Assembly (NCBI RefSeq): GCF_009914755.1
Contig: NC_060933.1
Length of the DNA stretch: 64,000 nt
From: the human T2T-CHM13v2.0 reference genome, Homo sapiens
Direction: 5' to 3' (one strand)
Shown: positions 17,650 to 31,500 of the stretch, piece after piece
Numbering within the stretch: position 1 is the first letter of the stretch
Layout of the letters: the number at the start of each line of letters is the position of its first letter
Notes under the pieces: model-generated
The model's database searches: none
What the model saw: the letters and a program-made list of their open reading frames with translations, nothing else
Told to the model about the DNA's origin: nothing
Position numbers and translations under genes: made by a program

Positions 17650-19088
17650 TGATTCAGGACATCATGAGTAGGTTTTTATACAAAAATATCAAACGTTCTG
17701 TAATGCCTTTCCAAGACTCACAGAACGTGCGGTAGAGTCCCTCTTCTTTCTGCCAAAGGAAAACTGAAATAGAATCATTTCCATGGATCTAGGGGAAATT
17801 TTTGAGACTCAAGAAAATCGTGACCTTTCTCATTTTTACTCTGCACCACGTTCATTTAACAAGAGTGCAGAAACCTCCTCGTGAGAGGTTTTACCAGAAT
17901 CTGTTCCCCTCGTCACATTCACCATTGTTTTAACCTTGATTGCCAACATTCTATTTCAGAGTTGTATAGCTAAGTCTTATCAGCTTATCATTTCTGATAC
18001 GGCTTCAGCAGCCTCTTCCACTGAACATGGTTGAGATAACATTTCTCAGAGAGACTTAACAAGTGAACTAACTCTTTGCCTAAGAGATGGAGAAAGTGAG
18101 CTCCTAGCAGAGTTTCTGAAGTAAAAGATTCCAGTTGCTGCTTCCCCAGGAAGGAGGGTCCTGGGGAACTTGGGGTGACACAGGGCAGCTGTCTGGGCCC
18201 CCTTCAGGGCAGGAGCACTCCATGGTCCCCGGCTGCCCAGCCCAAATGACAGTCCCGGGCTGAGGTTCCCCAGGGGCAGCCCACGTCCAATGGCCGTGCA
18301 GGGGGTTTAGAGGTGTAAATGTCCGGCCAATTTCCTTGACAGGGGCCATCTGAGGGGCTGCCATGCTCCAGGGCCCCCCGAGAATCAGCCGAAGCCTCCA
18401 TCGTGGCCGTGTGACCGCTTGGCTGCCCCCTGCCCCATCCTGTCCTGGGGGTGCCCCTGGCCAAACCCTCACACATAGGTCTCTCAAGTCCATGCAGCTC
18501 CCCCGCCCTGGGCAGGCTCCTGTCCAAGAGGTCGTCTGGGTCAGAGATGCCCACTTCCTCTGGCCTTTGTCACCTCTGCCTTTTACTCTGCAAGGTTTTC
18601 CTGCCTTTGAGGAGGGGGTCACCTGTCCCGCCGCACTCCTGCTGGCCCCTCCAGGCCCTCCTGTTTGAGGAGAGGAGCAAACGTAGAAACAGTGTCTAGT
18701 AAGAATAAGGGCCCTCGCCCAATTTATTTTCTGCAGGGAATCAGAGCGAGAAAGTCATTTTCCTCCCAGATCCTGAATTGGAGGCACCCTGCTCTTGAAT
18801 AAACCCAAGGTGACATGTCCTCATTTCCCACTGACGATGCACGCGGGGTCTCCTGAATAATTCTGTCTCGGGGGCTTATTTTCCGTTTCAGCTTAAAACG
18901 CTCCCTCATAAACAGATCATCATCAAGTCACGTTGTCCCCTGACATTGTAAGTAATAAACAGGGTAAAATTCACGCCAGGAAAATTCTAAGAACATAACG
19001 ATCAAGAAATGAACCCAAATAAAGCCATGCAGAGTCACTTCTGGGGTAAATGGTTTCGAAAATTCTTTTGCAGAAATAGAATTTCTAA

Positions 19089-19661
<573 letters not shown>

Positions 19662-20245
19662 TGAAAATTTAAATGGTATAAAAGAAGACAACACCAAAAG
19701 ACAACACCAAAACCTCCCCTCCCCCTTGCTGGCCTTCCACTCAGGCCGCTCACACGGGTCCTGACATCTTCGTGCGTGTTCTGCCAGGTGGCACGCCAGC
19801 CCACCCTGATTCTGAAAATGCACCGGGGTGACACTTTACATCATTCTGCTGCAAGCGTTTTCCACTTTCTTATGCTCCCTGGACTCCTTCTGCACTGGGG
19901 CACACGGACCCGCCTCCCTTCCAGCAGAGGCCCAGAGGTGCAGGAGGTTCCAGGGTTCATTTCACTCTCCCCATCTGGTCACTTACGGGGGTTCTGCTTT
20001 GACAAGGTTGGAGCAGTCCTTGTTGGCGCGTGCCTGGACAAACTGCAAGTAACTTCAGGACGAAGGGCTAAGCAACACTCAAATGTGACCTGCAATTTAT
20101 AGTTAACAGACACAGCAGGATGACCTCCCAACAGACACTGTGTCCTCCTGCCAGCAGGGTCTGGGGCGCCTGCATCCTTGGGTCCTCCCAGGGGACTGTG
20201 GAGCTTCCTTGTGTTGGGGGGAAATGTTGCCTTCTTTCACATGAG

Positions 20246-20354
20246 TTTCTTTGTTTTTGTTTTGAGACAGAGTCTCCCATCCCAGGTTCAAGCGATTCTC
20301 CTGCCTCAGCCTCCTGACAGCTGGGATTCCAGGTGTGCACCACCACACCCAGCT

Positions 20355-20387
<33 letters not shown>

Positions 20388-20505
20388 TAGAGACAGGGTT
20401 TCGCCATGCTGGCCAGGCTGGTCTTGAACTCCTGATCTCAGGCAATCCGCCCTCCTCGGCCTCCCAAAGTGCTGGGTTTACAGGCATGAGCCACTGAGCC
20501 CAGCC
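20246..20505 (-). mobile_element. Alu with right-arm deletion
   Basis: GAGACAGAGTCTC joined directly to CCCAGGTTCAAGCGATTC. Confidence 0.85.
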
Positions 20506-21402
20506 CTTGAGTTTTCTTTAATTATGACAATGTAACTAATTCTGTAAAGGAAAAGAGCAACAGAGGAACTGCTGGCTTTTCTTTATGAGCTCAGACTTTG
20601 GTCCCCAGCAGGCCCTCAGCCATCTCTCCCAGGCGGTCTCTCCACTCCACATGGAGAGTGACCTTCATGTGGTCCCACTGGACTCTTTGTGCCCTTCACA
20701 GAAGGCCAAGCAGAGGCCCAGAGGGGAGCAACAGCCACATAGGGACCCAAGAGCCCACCAGAGCCCCTCAGGTGAGACGTGCAGCCCACTGCACCTGTCC
20801 CTGCTGCCACCGCCCATCCACCCATGGACAGCAGAGCCCCGGGCTGGGCAGAAAGATGCCAGGAGTCCTCACTTCCTCCATGGCGGATAATGAAGGTGAC
20901 CCTGCGTGCTGATCCCCGGAGGCACAGACTGCACAGTGAGGAGCCTGACTAGGGGGTCCCAAGGCCAAGGCCAGAGCCTCTCACAACAGGAGAGTCTGAC
21001 AATGACAGACGCCCCTCCTGTTCCTCCAATGAAGGCCTCACAAGGCACTGTTGAGGCCTCCTAAGAATTTAATAAAAAAAAAAAAAAAAGCACCAACCAA
21101 CCAATCTCTGAACATCGGTAGCTTCAAAAAAGGAGTACAAGTGTTCCCTGTTTTGAGAAACTATTATTACGTGCCACACACTCTGGCCCAGGAATTCCCC
21201 AAGAGCCCCAGGTCACACCCCTCCATGCCCTCCACTGTTCTCTTACTTTGGAATGCAGGGATTAAACTGGTGAATGATTATGAAATCTTAGAGTGGTAAA
21301 AGCTATTCCAGGCCTTACCCCAAAGCCAGAAACCACAAAAGAAAACTTGATTGATTTAGCTACAGAAGAACTTCAAACTTGTGTGTAGTAAAAAAATAAA
21401 AA

Positions 21403-21712
21403 GGCAGGACACAGTAGCTCCCATCTGTAATCCCAGCACTTTGGGAAGCCAAGGAGGGTGGATCACTCAAGCCAGGAGTTCAAGACCAGCCTGGGGAACA
21501 TGGCAAAACCCCATCTCTACAAAAACATACAAAAACTAGCCAGGCGTGGTGACGTGCACCTGTAGTCCCAGCTACTGGGGAGGCTGAGGTGGGAGGATAA
21601 CCTGAGCCGGGGGAGGTTGAGGCTGCAGTGCCATGATCACGCCACTACACTCCAGCCTGGGTGTACACAGAGTAAGACCCTGTCTCAAAAAAAAAAAAAA
21701 AAAAAAAAAAAA
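21403..21712 (+). mobile_element. Alu (AluJ-like)
   Basis: GAGGTTGAGGCTGCAGTG and AAGACCCTGTCTC; long A tail. Confidence 0.88.
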
Positions 21713-21758
21713 GGTTGAACAAACAAAAAACCAAAATCCAAAGTCAAAAGAAAAATGA

Positions 21759-22130
<372 letters not shown>

Positions 22131-22929
22131 ATACATTGCATTTACGCTCTTGTACAGAGTAGCATACAGCACAGAGAAGAGCTAAATTCCTTACGGTAAC
22201 AAGCTCTTAGAATCCCTAAGAAAAAGACACACAGCCCAACAGAAAAATAAAAAATGGGCAAAGAACACAGACAGGCAATATTCCAAATGGCCAATAATAA
22301 AATGAAAAGATGTTCAACATCACCAGCAGTCAAAGAAATTAGGATTCAAGTGATGAAAAGGGCTGTTTCGCCTATCAGACTGCCAAAGACATAACGCAAT
22401 GACATATCTCAGGGCTGGCAAGAGGACAGGCAAGCGGGCATGCCCGCTCACCAGTGGGTGGACGGCAGGCTGGCCCCGCATTTCTGGAGGGCATTTTGGC
22501 AAAATGCAGCATAGTCTTTGGCCCGCCGGCCTCTTCTAGGGATTTGCCCGCAGGAAATGCTCAGAGCCGCTCTAAGGAGGCATCATGAAAGCTGTTCACC
22601 ACAGCACTGTTTTAAAAACTGTGAAGCAGCATGCCAAAACCTTAACAGCCCATGTCTCTGGGAAGTCACCTTATTAATTAGATCATCTCCCCAAAGTTTG
22701 GTAATGAAAGAGTATTATTTCATGAGAAAAAAAAAATTGCTTTTTGAAAAAATTCACGAAGGCATTAAAACAATTCTTTAATGGGTTTCCTGACCCAAAA
22801 CTGGCCCTCCAGCTTCCCAGGCTGGCATGACTAGAAGCACCCCTCCAAGGCAAGTCTCTGATTTTGATCCTATCAAATCTCTGACACTTTCTAGACAGGA
22901 ACCGAACCCACAAATTCATCTCCCAGACA

Positions 22930-24920
22930 CGTGTGGATCAGGGCCCAGGGGGCTTACAGAAGCAGCGCGGTGCCCCTGCGCACCATCTGCCCCTTCCACG
23001 AGTGGGCGCTGAGGGAGGATCCAGTCGGGTCTGCCCGTTCCCCGCCGCCCGGGGATGCTGAGCACACCCGGGCCACCGCCAGCCTCGGGCACACACCCTG
23101 GACCTTTTATAAAACAAAACTGGGAAGACTTTCAAGGTCACATGGTCAGTGCACAGCAGAAGCAGAAACAGCAGCGGCCTCAAGGTCCGGGGCAGTTCCT
23201 AGAAACTGTTCCCTCCCCCGAACCTGGCGGCAGGTGTGCTCGAGGAGCCGCCGCCCCGGGCAGGTCGTGCGTCCACTCCCCGCCGCAAGCTCGGGTGGGG
23301 CAGCCGCGGGGACACGCGGGGGCCGCCCCCGACCCCGGCCCAAGGCTGTGGGGCTGGAGGGGCGGGCGGGCCGGTCTCAGCCCGGAGCCCCGCGTGAACT
23401 TCGGGGAGGAACTCGGTTGGCGCCGGGGCCCCGCACGCTCCCTTCCCGCGGCTCCGAGCGCTTTCCCACGGCCACGCCCCCCGCGCCCAGAACTTCCCGG
23501 CGACCCCGCGCCCCCTGCGCGCCCCCCGGAGGTGGCCGCGGTACGGGAGGCGGGCAGCACGGGGCTCGGCCCGGCCCAAGCGCCTTCGCCCCGCACCCCG
23601 CGGAGGGGGCCGCGTCCGAACCGGGCGGGGCGGGGCGGGGGCGTCCCCGGGGCGCGGGCGCGGCGGCAGGTGGGCGCGCTCTCGCGGGCGGGGGTCCGGC
23701 CGGGCCGCGCGCCTCCCCCGGAACTCGGCCGTGCCATTCCCATGATGCCCAGCCACGGGCACGGCTTCCGGAGTGCGGCCGCCGCCGCCACCGTCCGGTA
23801 GGTCGCGGGGAGGGGGCGGCTTGGGGGGGTCGCCCCGCCCCCCGCCCCGCCCCTCCCCTCCCGCGCTTCCCACGGCGCGGCCCGGGCGCGGGGCGGCGGC
23901 AGCGGCGGCGCGCGGGGAGGCGGGGAGGCGGGGGGCCCGGCCGGACGCCCCTGCGCCCCCTCCCCGCGCCCCGGCCGAGGGCGGAGCGCGCTGGCCCTGC
24001 AGCCTCCGGCCCGCCCCCGGCCCGCCGCCTCCCCCGGGACGTGGGACGCGGGCGCAGGCGGGGTCCGCGCGGCGGGCGGCGGGGGACGGGCGGAGGTGAG
24101 CGGGTGCAGGGCCGGGGCCGGGGGGCTCGGGGGCTGGGAAGCTGGGGGGTCGGGGACAGGAGGGCCAGCCAGGCCGGGGCCGGCGCGCCGTGCAGGCCGC
24201 GGCGGGCGGGCGGCGGGGGCTCCCCGAGGCAGGCGGACGGGGATCGGCGCCGGGGCTGCTCCGTTCCCCGGGCGGGGATCCTGTCTCTGGCCTCCGTGCG
24301 ACTCTCGGCCCGCGCGCCCCGCGCTCCTGGAGCCCCAGGTGAGGCGCAGGTGAGGGCCCGCGGTGGGGAGCTTTGGCCCGGCCCGGGGCGGCCGCTGCCC
24401 TCCGAGAATGGCCGCGGCCCGGCCGGCCTGGAGACTGCGGTTCACGCCCTGCGCCAGGCGGAGCTTCCGGGAGGGTGGCCGCTCTCCCGGGCCCCAAGCT
24501 CGCTAGTCCTCGGATCCCAGAAACATAACTCCGGGGGTGCAGACCTGCTTGGAGGCCCGGCCTCTTCCCTGGGAGGCGTTCACTCCCGCCGGGCCGAGGA
24601 CCAGGTCGCCGATCCCAGCGGCTAGGGTGAGCGCGCCCTCGGGGAGGGGAGCTCCCTTGGGGGACCCTGCCCAGCCCGCAGGCCGTGAGTAGCCCAAGCT
24701 TGGGAGTCAGGGGAGGTCGGGCCGGGGCAGCCGGGAGGGGCTCACCTTGCCTTCAGTTCCCAAGCACAGGAAATGGCGGTGCAGCTTTGCTGGGGGACGC
24801 TTGTAGTGAGGTTGTAAAATTGCAGCTTCTGGAAGGCTGGGAGCTGAATTCTAGCCCACGCCCACTTCTGGGTGGCTGGAGCGGGTCCTCCTGCTGCCCC
24901 GCCCGCTCCTGCACCGGGGC
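22930..24920. promoter_or_regulatory. CpG island / promoter of PPP1R26 (and an antisense transcript)
   Basis: Very high GC and CpG density, tandem GC boxes (GGGCGGGGCGGGGCGGGG at ~23623-23640), strong + strand donor GAG|GTGAGC at 24096. Confidence 0.9.
23930..24095 (+). other. PPP1R26: Candidate non-coding first exon of PPP1R26 (start approximate)
   Basis: Lies in the CpG island and ends at consensus donor CGGAG|GTGAGC; the TSS cannot be determined from sequence. Confidence 0.5.
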
Positions 24921-25306
24921 TCCTCTCCCTGGCCTGCAGACCCTGGCCTCCCTACCCTGGGGGGAAACCCCACCTGGGAGGTAAGACCGCTGGCTGAGCT
25001 GCTTTTCGGCCAGCCGAGAAATGTAGAGTATTTGGGGGCGTTTCTCACAGGTGGGCAGACTGTTAGGATGGCGAGGGCCCAGTGTGGGTGCTTTGGTTCT
25101 CTCCAGAAGGTTGATGTCTGGACCGAGAAGGTACCCGAGTGTTCTCCACCGCTTCCTAAAATCTGACACCGTGTGGCCTTGGGGTGCAGGTGCTGGGTGT
25201 CCCCACAGCCACCCTCAAGACCGTATCCTGAGGCAGCAATTTGACAAAGCCTGCACCTCTGGCTTGGGCCCACACCTATCTCTAAGGACTGATTAGGGGG
25301 CTTTTC

Positions 25307-25614
25307 TTGTTTTTTTTTTTTTTTTTTTTTTAGAGCCAGAGTCTCGCTTTGTCGCCCAGGCTGGAGTGCAATGGCTGATCTCGGCTCACTGTAATCTCCG
25401 CCTCCCTGGTTCAAGCGATTCTCGTGCCTCAGCCCCTGGAGTAGCTGGAACTACAGACGTGGGCTCCCACGCCCAGCTAATTTATGTGTTTTTAGTAGAG
25501 ATGGGGTTTCGCCATGTTGGCCAGGCTGGTCTCGAACTCCTGGCCTCAAGTGATCCACCTGCCTCCACCTCCCAGAGTGCTGGGATTACAGGTGTGAGCC
25601 ACTATCCCCGACCC
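25307..25614 (-). mobile_element. Alu (AluS)
   Basis: TSD AGGGGGCTTTTC at 25295-25306 and 25615-25626. Confidence 0.92.
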
Positions 25615-25656
25615 AGGGGGCTTTTCAAGAATGATTCATCTCGCATAATGTTTTAA

Positions 25657-26016
<360 letters not shown>

Positions 26017-26813
26017 TAGGTGATTTGACAACTTAGAAAACTGTTCACTGGGTGTCCAGGCCTTCTCTGCAACCAGTCAGAAGCTGTAAATGTGGCTAGT
26101 GGAGAACAGACTATTTCCCCAGGAAAACTCCCCTCCCCGACCTTGTCATCTAGTGTAAAGACACTGACTTGGGCCGGTTTTCTTAAGGTAGTATTTAAGG
26201 TAGTATTCTTAAGGTAGTATTGCTGTTTAAGGAGTCAATAGTCTTAATTTAGACGCTCCTCAGCCCAAGGCTAATGCAAATGTTTTGTCATTTATGTCAT
26301 TTTGCAGAGGCAATTTGAATAACACCTACAGTAAGGCAGGCGTGGGTTTGCTAGCCAGTGAAAGAGCTCCTCTCGCATTGTTGGTCCCCCAGTGCTCTGT
26401 GTCAGTGGGGAATCTCTCCAGAAGGTGACTTTATGGGGGATGTCATGGGCTGCAGTGGGTGGCCAGAATTTGAGAACTAGCAGATAACGTCACATACGTG
26501 CCCCATCCCCATCACTTCAGCCAGCATCAGATCTGCTGTCCAGGATAGCTATACATTACTTGTGGTTAAATGTATTTGTCTTAATACATTAAGTTAAATA
26601 TATTTGTACTTGTGGTTAAATGTCTTAGAGTAAGTTCCTTCAAAAGTTAATTTTGAGCCCTTAAGTTAATGATATTTCTTTCCAAAAAAAAAAAATTTAT
26701 CAACTGTAGCTTCAGCCTGTAATTAGATGCCTCTGATTCTCTTTGATTCTGGTAGTCAAAAGTCTATTGAAAAAGCAGAGAGAGAATGCCTCGGTGTGTA
26801 AGTGGAGTGATGA

Positions 26814-27363
<550 letters not shown>

Positions 27364-28022
27364 ACAGCCTCACGTTTTTGTGAAAAGATGGTGGCATGTA
27401 AATACCCAATTATGTGCTTGTCAGGAAGGAAGCGCCTGGTTAACCGGAGAAAGCTCCTGGTAAAGAAGAATCCATAACAGAGGCAAAACATACTGGCCAG
27501 TTTTCGCCCACTGCTGAGGTCCTGAGGGCAGCCACAGCCTCTGAGCCAAGGGGAGTTCAGTGTCCATAAGCCTTGGAGGCTTGCTTGCACAAGAACCGCT
27601 TTGCACTGCAATTTTGGGGTAGGCAGGTGGGTATCAGAGCAATGTGTTAAGAATGAATAGCTGCGCAGTATCCCTGGTATTGTTCTAAGTGACTGCCATC
27701 CACCTGAGCTTCCTCCCTGCAGTGGCAATCCCCAGGCCATTCGTGAGCAGGTCTTCAAAGTGTCCCAAGCTCAGCCCAGCACTTGTGCTGAGGCAGCCAC
27801 CTTTGGTCTGAAATCTGGCAGCGCAGGATGAGAAGGGGGACATCACTGTGTTCAGGGTGACTTCTGTGCTAGTTAGCTAAGAATAACAATGCAGTCCCAT
27901 GCGACCACCTGGCAAATTTACATTTGACATTTAACATAGAGAGGGTTTAGTAAAAGCAGCCCTTCAAGATGTTTGGGGAAATAATTTCTGAGTGGCTCAC
28001 ATCATACAACTTTCCGTTCCAG

Positions 28023-28313
28023 GAGCTTGTCGGTTGGGTCAAGAATGAACCTACGCATGACGGCGTGCTGATCCTGGGTTTCTAGTCATCCTTTTTAAGC
28101 TGCAAAGAAGCATTTGCAGACGTTGTCTCATGGGTACCGCTTGCCAACTTTGGAGGTAAATAAAACCTCTCCCCTCTTACAGAGAAGGTGGAAGCCCGGA
28201 GTGAGAAGGGAAGAGCGGGGAGGTGATGACCGTGCGTGCCCCGGGCGGCACCGTGGAGGGTGGTTGGAAACATTTTCTTACTGAATCTTCCCAGCAGCCC
28301 CGGGCTGGAGCAG
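28023..28313 (+). other. PPP1R26: Candidate 5'UTR exon of PPP1R26 (acceptor at 28023 or 28183; donor CAG|GTAAAT at 28314)
   Basis: Pyrimidine-rich acceptors CTTTCCGTTCCAG and CCTCTCCCCTCTTACAG; donor ~210 nt upstream of the coding-exon acceptor at 28521. Confidence 0.45.
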
Positions 28314-28583
28314 GTAAATTGTTCCTTTCCCAGCTGAGGAATCCGAGGCCCCAGGAGCATGAGTAAGTCGTGCAAGGACACCCAGCTAGCTGGACGTTGG
28401 GCTCCACCCAACTCTCTCCACTCTGTGAGCCCGACATGCTGTTCCTCTGGGGCCTCGCTTGGTGTTGGCAGCTATCGCTGTTTGTAGCTGCATCATGCCC
28501 ATGTGCTTTCTTTCCGCCCAGGATGTGAAGCCGGTAGAGAAATAAAGCATCGCCCCTCTGCGCGCCCCTCCCCGTCTGCTAGA

Positions 28584-31500
28584 ATGTTTCTCATGAACGC
28601 TTCTCCAGTGGTTGCTCTCCAGTCCAAATGGGAGGCCTTTGGCCCGCCAGGGAGCTGTAGGTTCCCCAGGTGCTTCTCGGAGGCTGACGAGGGCGTGGAG
28701 AGCGCGTCGGTGAGCGCCCGGGTGCAGATGCTTATCAGCACTCTGCAGCGCGACGGGGCTGCTCGGGGCACCAGCGATGAGCGCGCCGCACAGAGGGGCC
28801 ACAGGGCAGAGGGATGCCACGACGCCAGGCCGGCTGCCAAGCCCACCGTGCACAAGGAGCCACCCGCGTTGGCTGTCTGTGGTCTCGTTGCTGACTTTGA
28901 CCCCATGGGGGAGGAGGAAACTACAGACTTTGGCCCGTTGGTGCTAGATTCAGACAGTGATGATTCCGTGGACAGGGACATTGAGGAGGCCATCCAGGAG
29001 TACCTGAAGGCAAAGAGTGGAGCCGCACAGCCCGGGGCCGGCGGGGCCCAGCCAGGTGCAGCCCAGCCTTCCAGGGCCGCAGGCGGAGGCAGTAGATGTA
29101 AGCCGGAACCGGCTCACGGCAGTGCCCCGACTGCCCTGTGTCCCCCAAAACTTGTACCTGGATCAGGTGGTGGCCCCGGCAGCCAGGTGGGATCCAGCAA
29201 GGACCAGGGCTCCGCCTCCCCGGTCAGTGTGAGCAGCGATGACTCCTTCGAGCAGAGCATCAGGGCGGAAATAGAACAGTTTCTGAATGAGAAGAGACAG
29301 CATGAGACCCAAAAATGTGATGGGTCAGTGGAGAAGAAACCAGACACAAATGAAAATTCCGCCAAGTCACTCTTGAAATCCCACCAAGAGCCGCCTACAA
29401 AGGTGGTGCATCGGCAGGGCCTGCTGGGCGTCCAGAAGGAGTTTGCCTTCCGCAAACCTCCCCGGTTAGCGAAGATGAACGTCCAGCCCAGAAGCCTCAG
29501 GTCCAAGGTCACAACCACGCAGGAGAACGAGGGCAGCACGAAGCCGGCAACCCCCTGCCGCCCTTCAGAAGCAGCACAGAATAAAGGTGGGATCAAAAGG
29601 AGCGCCAGCGCTGCAAGGAGGGGAAAGCGAGTCATGAGTGCGGCACAGGCGTCCGAGGCGTCCGACTCCAGCAGCGACGATGGCATTGAGGAGGCCATCC
29701 AGCTGTACCAGCTGCAGAAAACACGCAAGGAGGCCGACGGGGACCTGCCCCAGAGGGTCCAACTCCGAGAGGAGAGAGCGCCTGACCCTCCCGCACACAG
29801 CACAAGCAGTGCCACAAAAAGTGCCTTGCCCGAGACCCACAGGAAAACACCCAGCAAGAAGAAGCTAGTGGCCACCAAGACCATGGACCCTGGTCCAGGG
29901 GGCCTGGACACTGACCATGCCCCCAAGCTCCTGAAGGAAACCAAAGCTCCACCTCCAGCGAGCCCTGCTTCCAGGAGTGAGTTTGTGGAACGGTCCTCGT
30001 GCCGGGCGGACACATCTGCTGAGCTGATGTGTGCAGAAGCAATCCTGGACATCTCCAAGACGATCCTGCCGGCCCCTGTAGAGGGCAGTGACGGGTCCCT
30101 GTCCGCAAGCCCACTCTTCTACTCCCCGAACGTGCCTTCCCGCTCTGACGGCGACAGTAGCTCCGTGGACAGCGATGACAGCATCGAGCAGGAAATCCGG
30201 ACATTTTTGGCCCTAAAGGCGCAGTCAGGGAGTTTGCTGGCCAGAGGTGAGAGCTGCCCGCAGGCTGCCCAGGGTCCACTTTTGCCGCCTGGCCTCAACA
30301 GCCAGACCGGCGGCCACAAGACCCCTCTCTCTAAAACACCAGACCCACTGCTGGGCTGCAAAAGGAAGCGTAGAGGTGGTGGCCATGTGAGGCCATCCAC
30401 GCCCAAGAAAATGCAGGAGGTGGTGAAAGACGGTAGCCAGGATGCCGACCACAGCCAGGGGAGAGCTGAGCCCGGCCATGAGAGGCGAGACCTGCCCATC
30501 CAGGGCAAAGCCAGTGAGGCCCTGGGAGGGGAGGGCACCGCCAGGGGCCCTGGCGACACTCGCATGTCACAGGGCCAGGGTAAGACAGACGAGGCAAGGC
30601 GCCTAGACGAGAAAGAGAGCTCTGAAGACAAAAGCAGCTCCCTGGACAGTGACGAGGACCTGGACACAGCCATCAAGGACTTGTTAAGGTCCAAGCGAAA
30701 GCTCAAGAAGAGGTGCAGGGAGCCCAGGGCTGCGTGCAGGAAGAAGGTCAGGTTCAGCACAGCCCAGACGCACTTCTTGGAGCAGCTGGGCGGGCTCCGG
30801 AGAGACTGGAAAGACAGGGGCCCGCCAGTGCTGAAGAGCTGCCTCTCCAAGTCCAAGAGAGACAGTGGCGAGGGTCCTGGGAAGAAACCCCCCAGTGTCT
30901 TTGGCAGCACGGCAGAGAGGATGAGGCAGGAGGGTGCCGCGAGCCAGGACGCGGCCCTGGCCTTCCGGGTGAGGAGACCCGCCTCCGCCTCTGCCTCCGA
31001 AGGGAATCCATTCCCCAGGGAGTCCCAGGGCCCAGCTCCCAGCCCCGGCTCCCTGTCTGATGACAGCAGTTCAGTGGACAGCAACGACAGCATCGAACTG
31101 GAGATTAGGAAGTTTTTGGCGGAAAAGGCCAAGGAGTCAGTGAGCAGTTCAGAAGTTCAGGCAGAGGGCCCCACCGCTCTTGGGACAGGGGGCCCAGCCA
31201 GGCCAGAGGTGCTGTGCAGGAAGGAGCCTGCCCCACCGCCTGGCGTGTGCACACGCAGCCAGAGGGCCAGGGGGGTCCCACATCTGGCCGAAGGGCTTCG
31301 AGGCACAGAGAGCGCAGGAGCACAGGGCACAGCTGGTCTGTTCAGCCAGGGCGGGAAGGGGCTCCCTGCTGCTCCTGCCCGAGGGGATCCGGTGCCGCCC
31401 AGGAGCACCAGCGGCGGTGTCTCCGCCAAGGGGCTCTCAGTGAGCAGGAGAAATGTTTACGTTCACAAAGACCAGAGCCCACGAGGGGCTGAGCCTGCTG

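Noticed and set aside
22931-24625. Overlapping 564-, 432-, 421- and 248-aa ORFs
   Set aside because: Stop-poor CpG-island sequence; R/P/G/A-rich translations on both strands with no domain features.
28503-28583. 27-codon N-terminal extension of PPP1R26 in the ORF track
   Set aside because: Starts at a GTG inside the intron, upstream of the acceptor at 28521.
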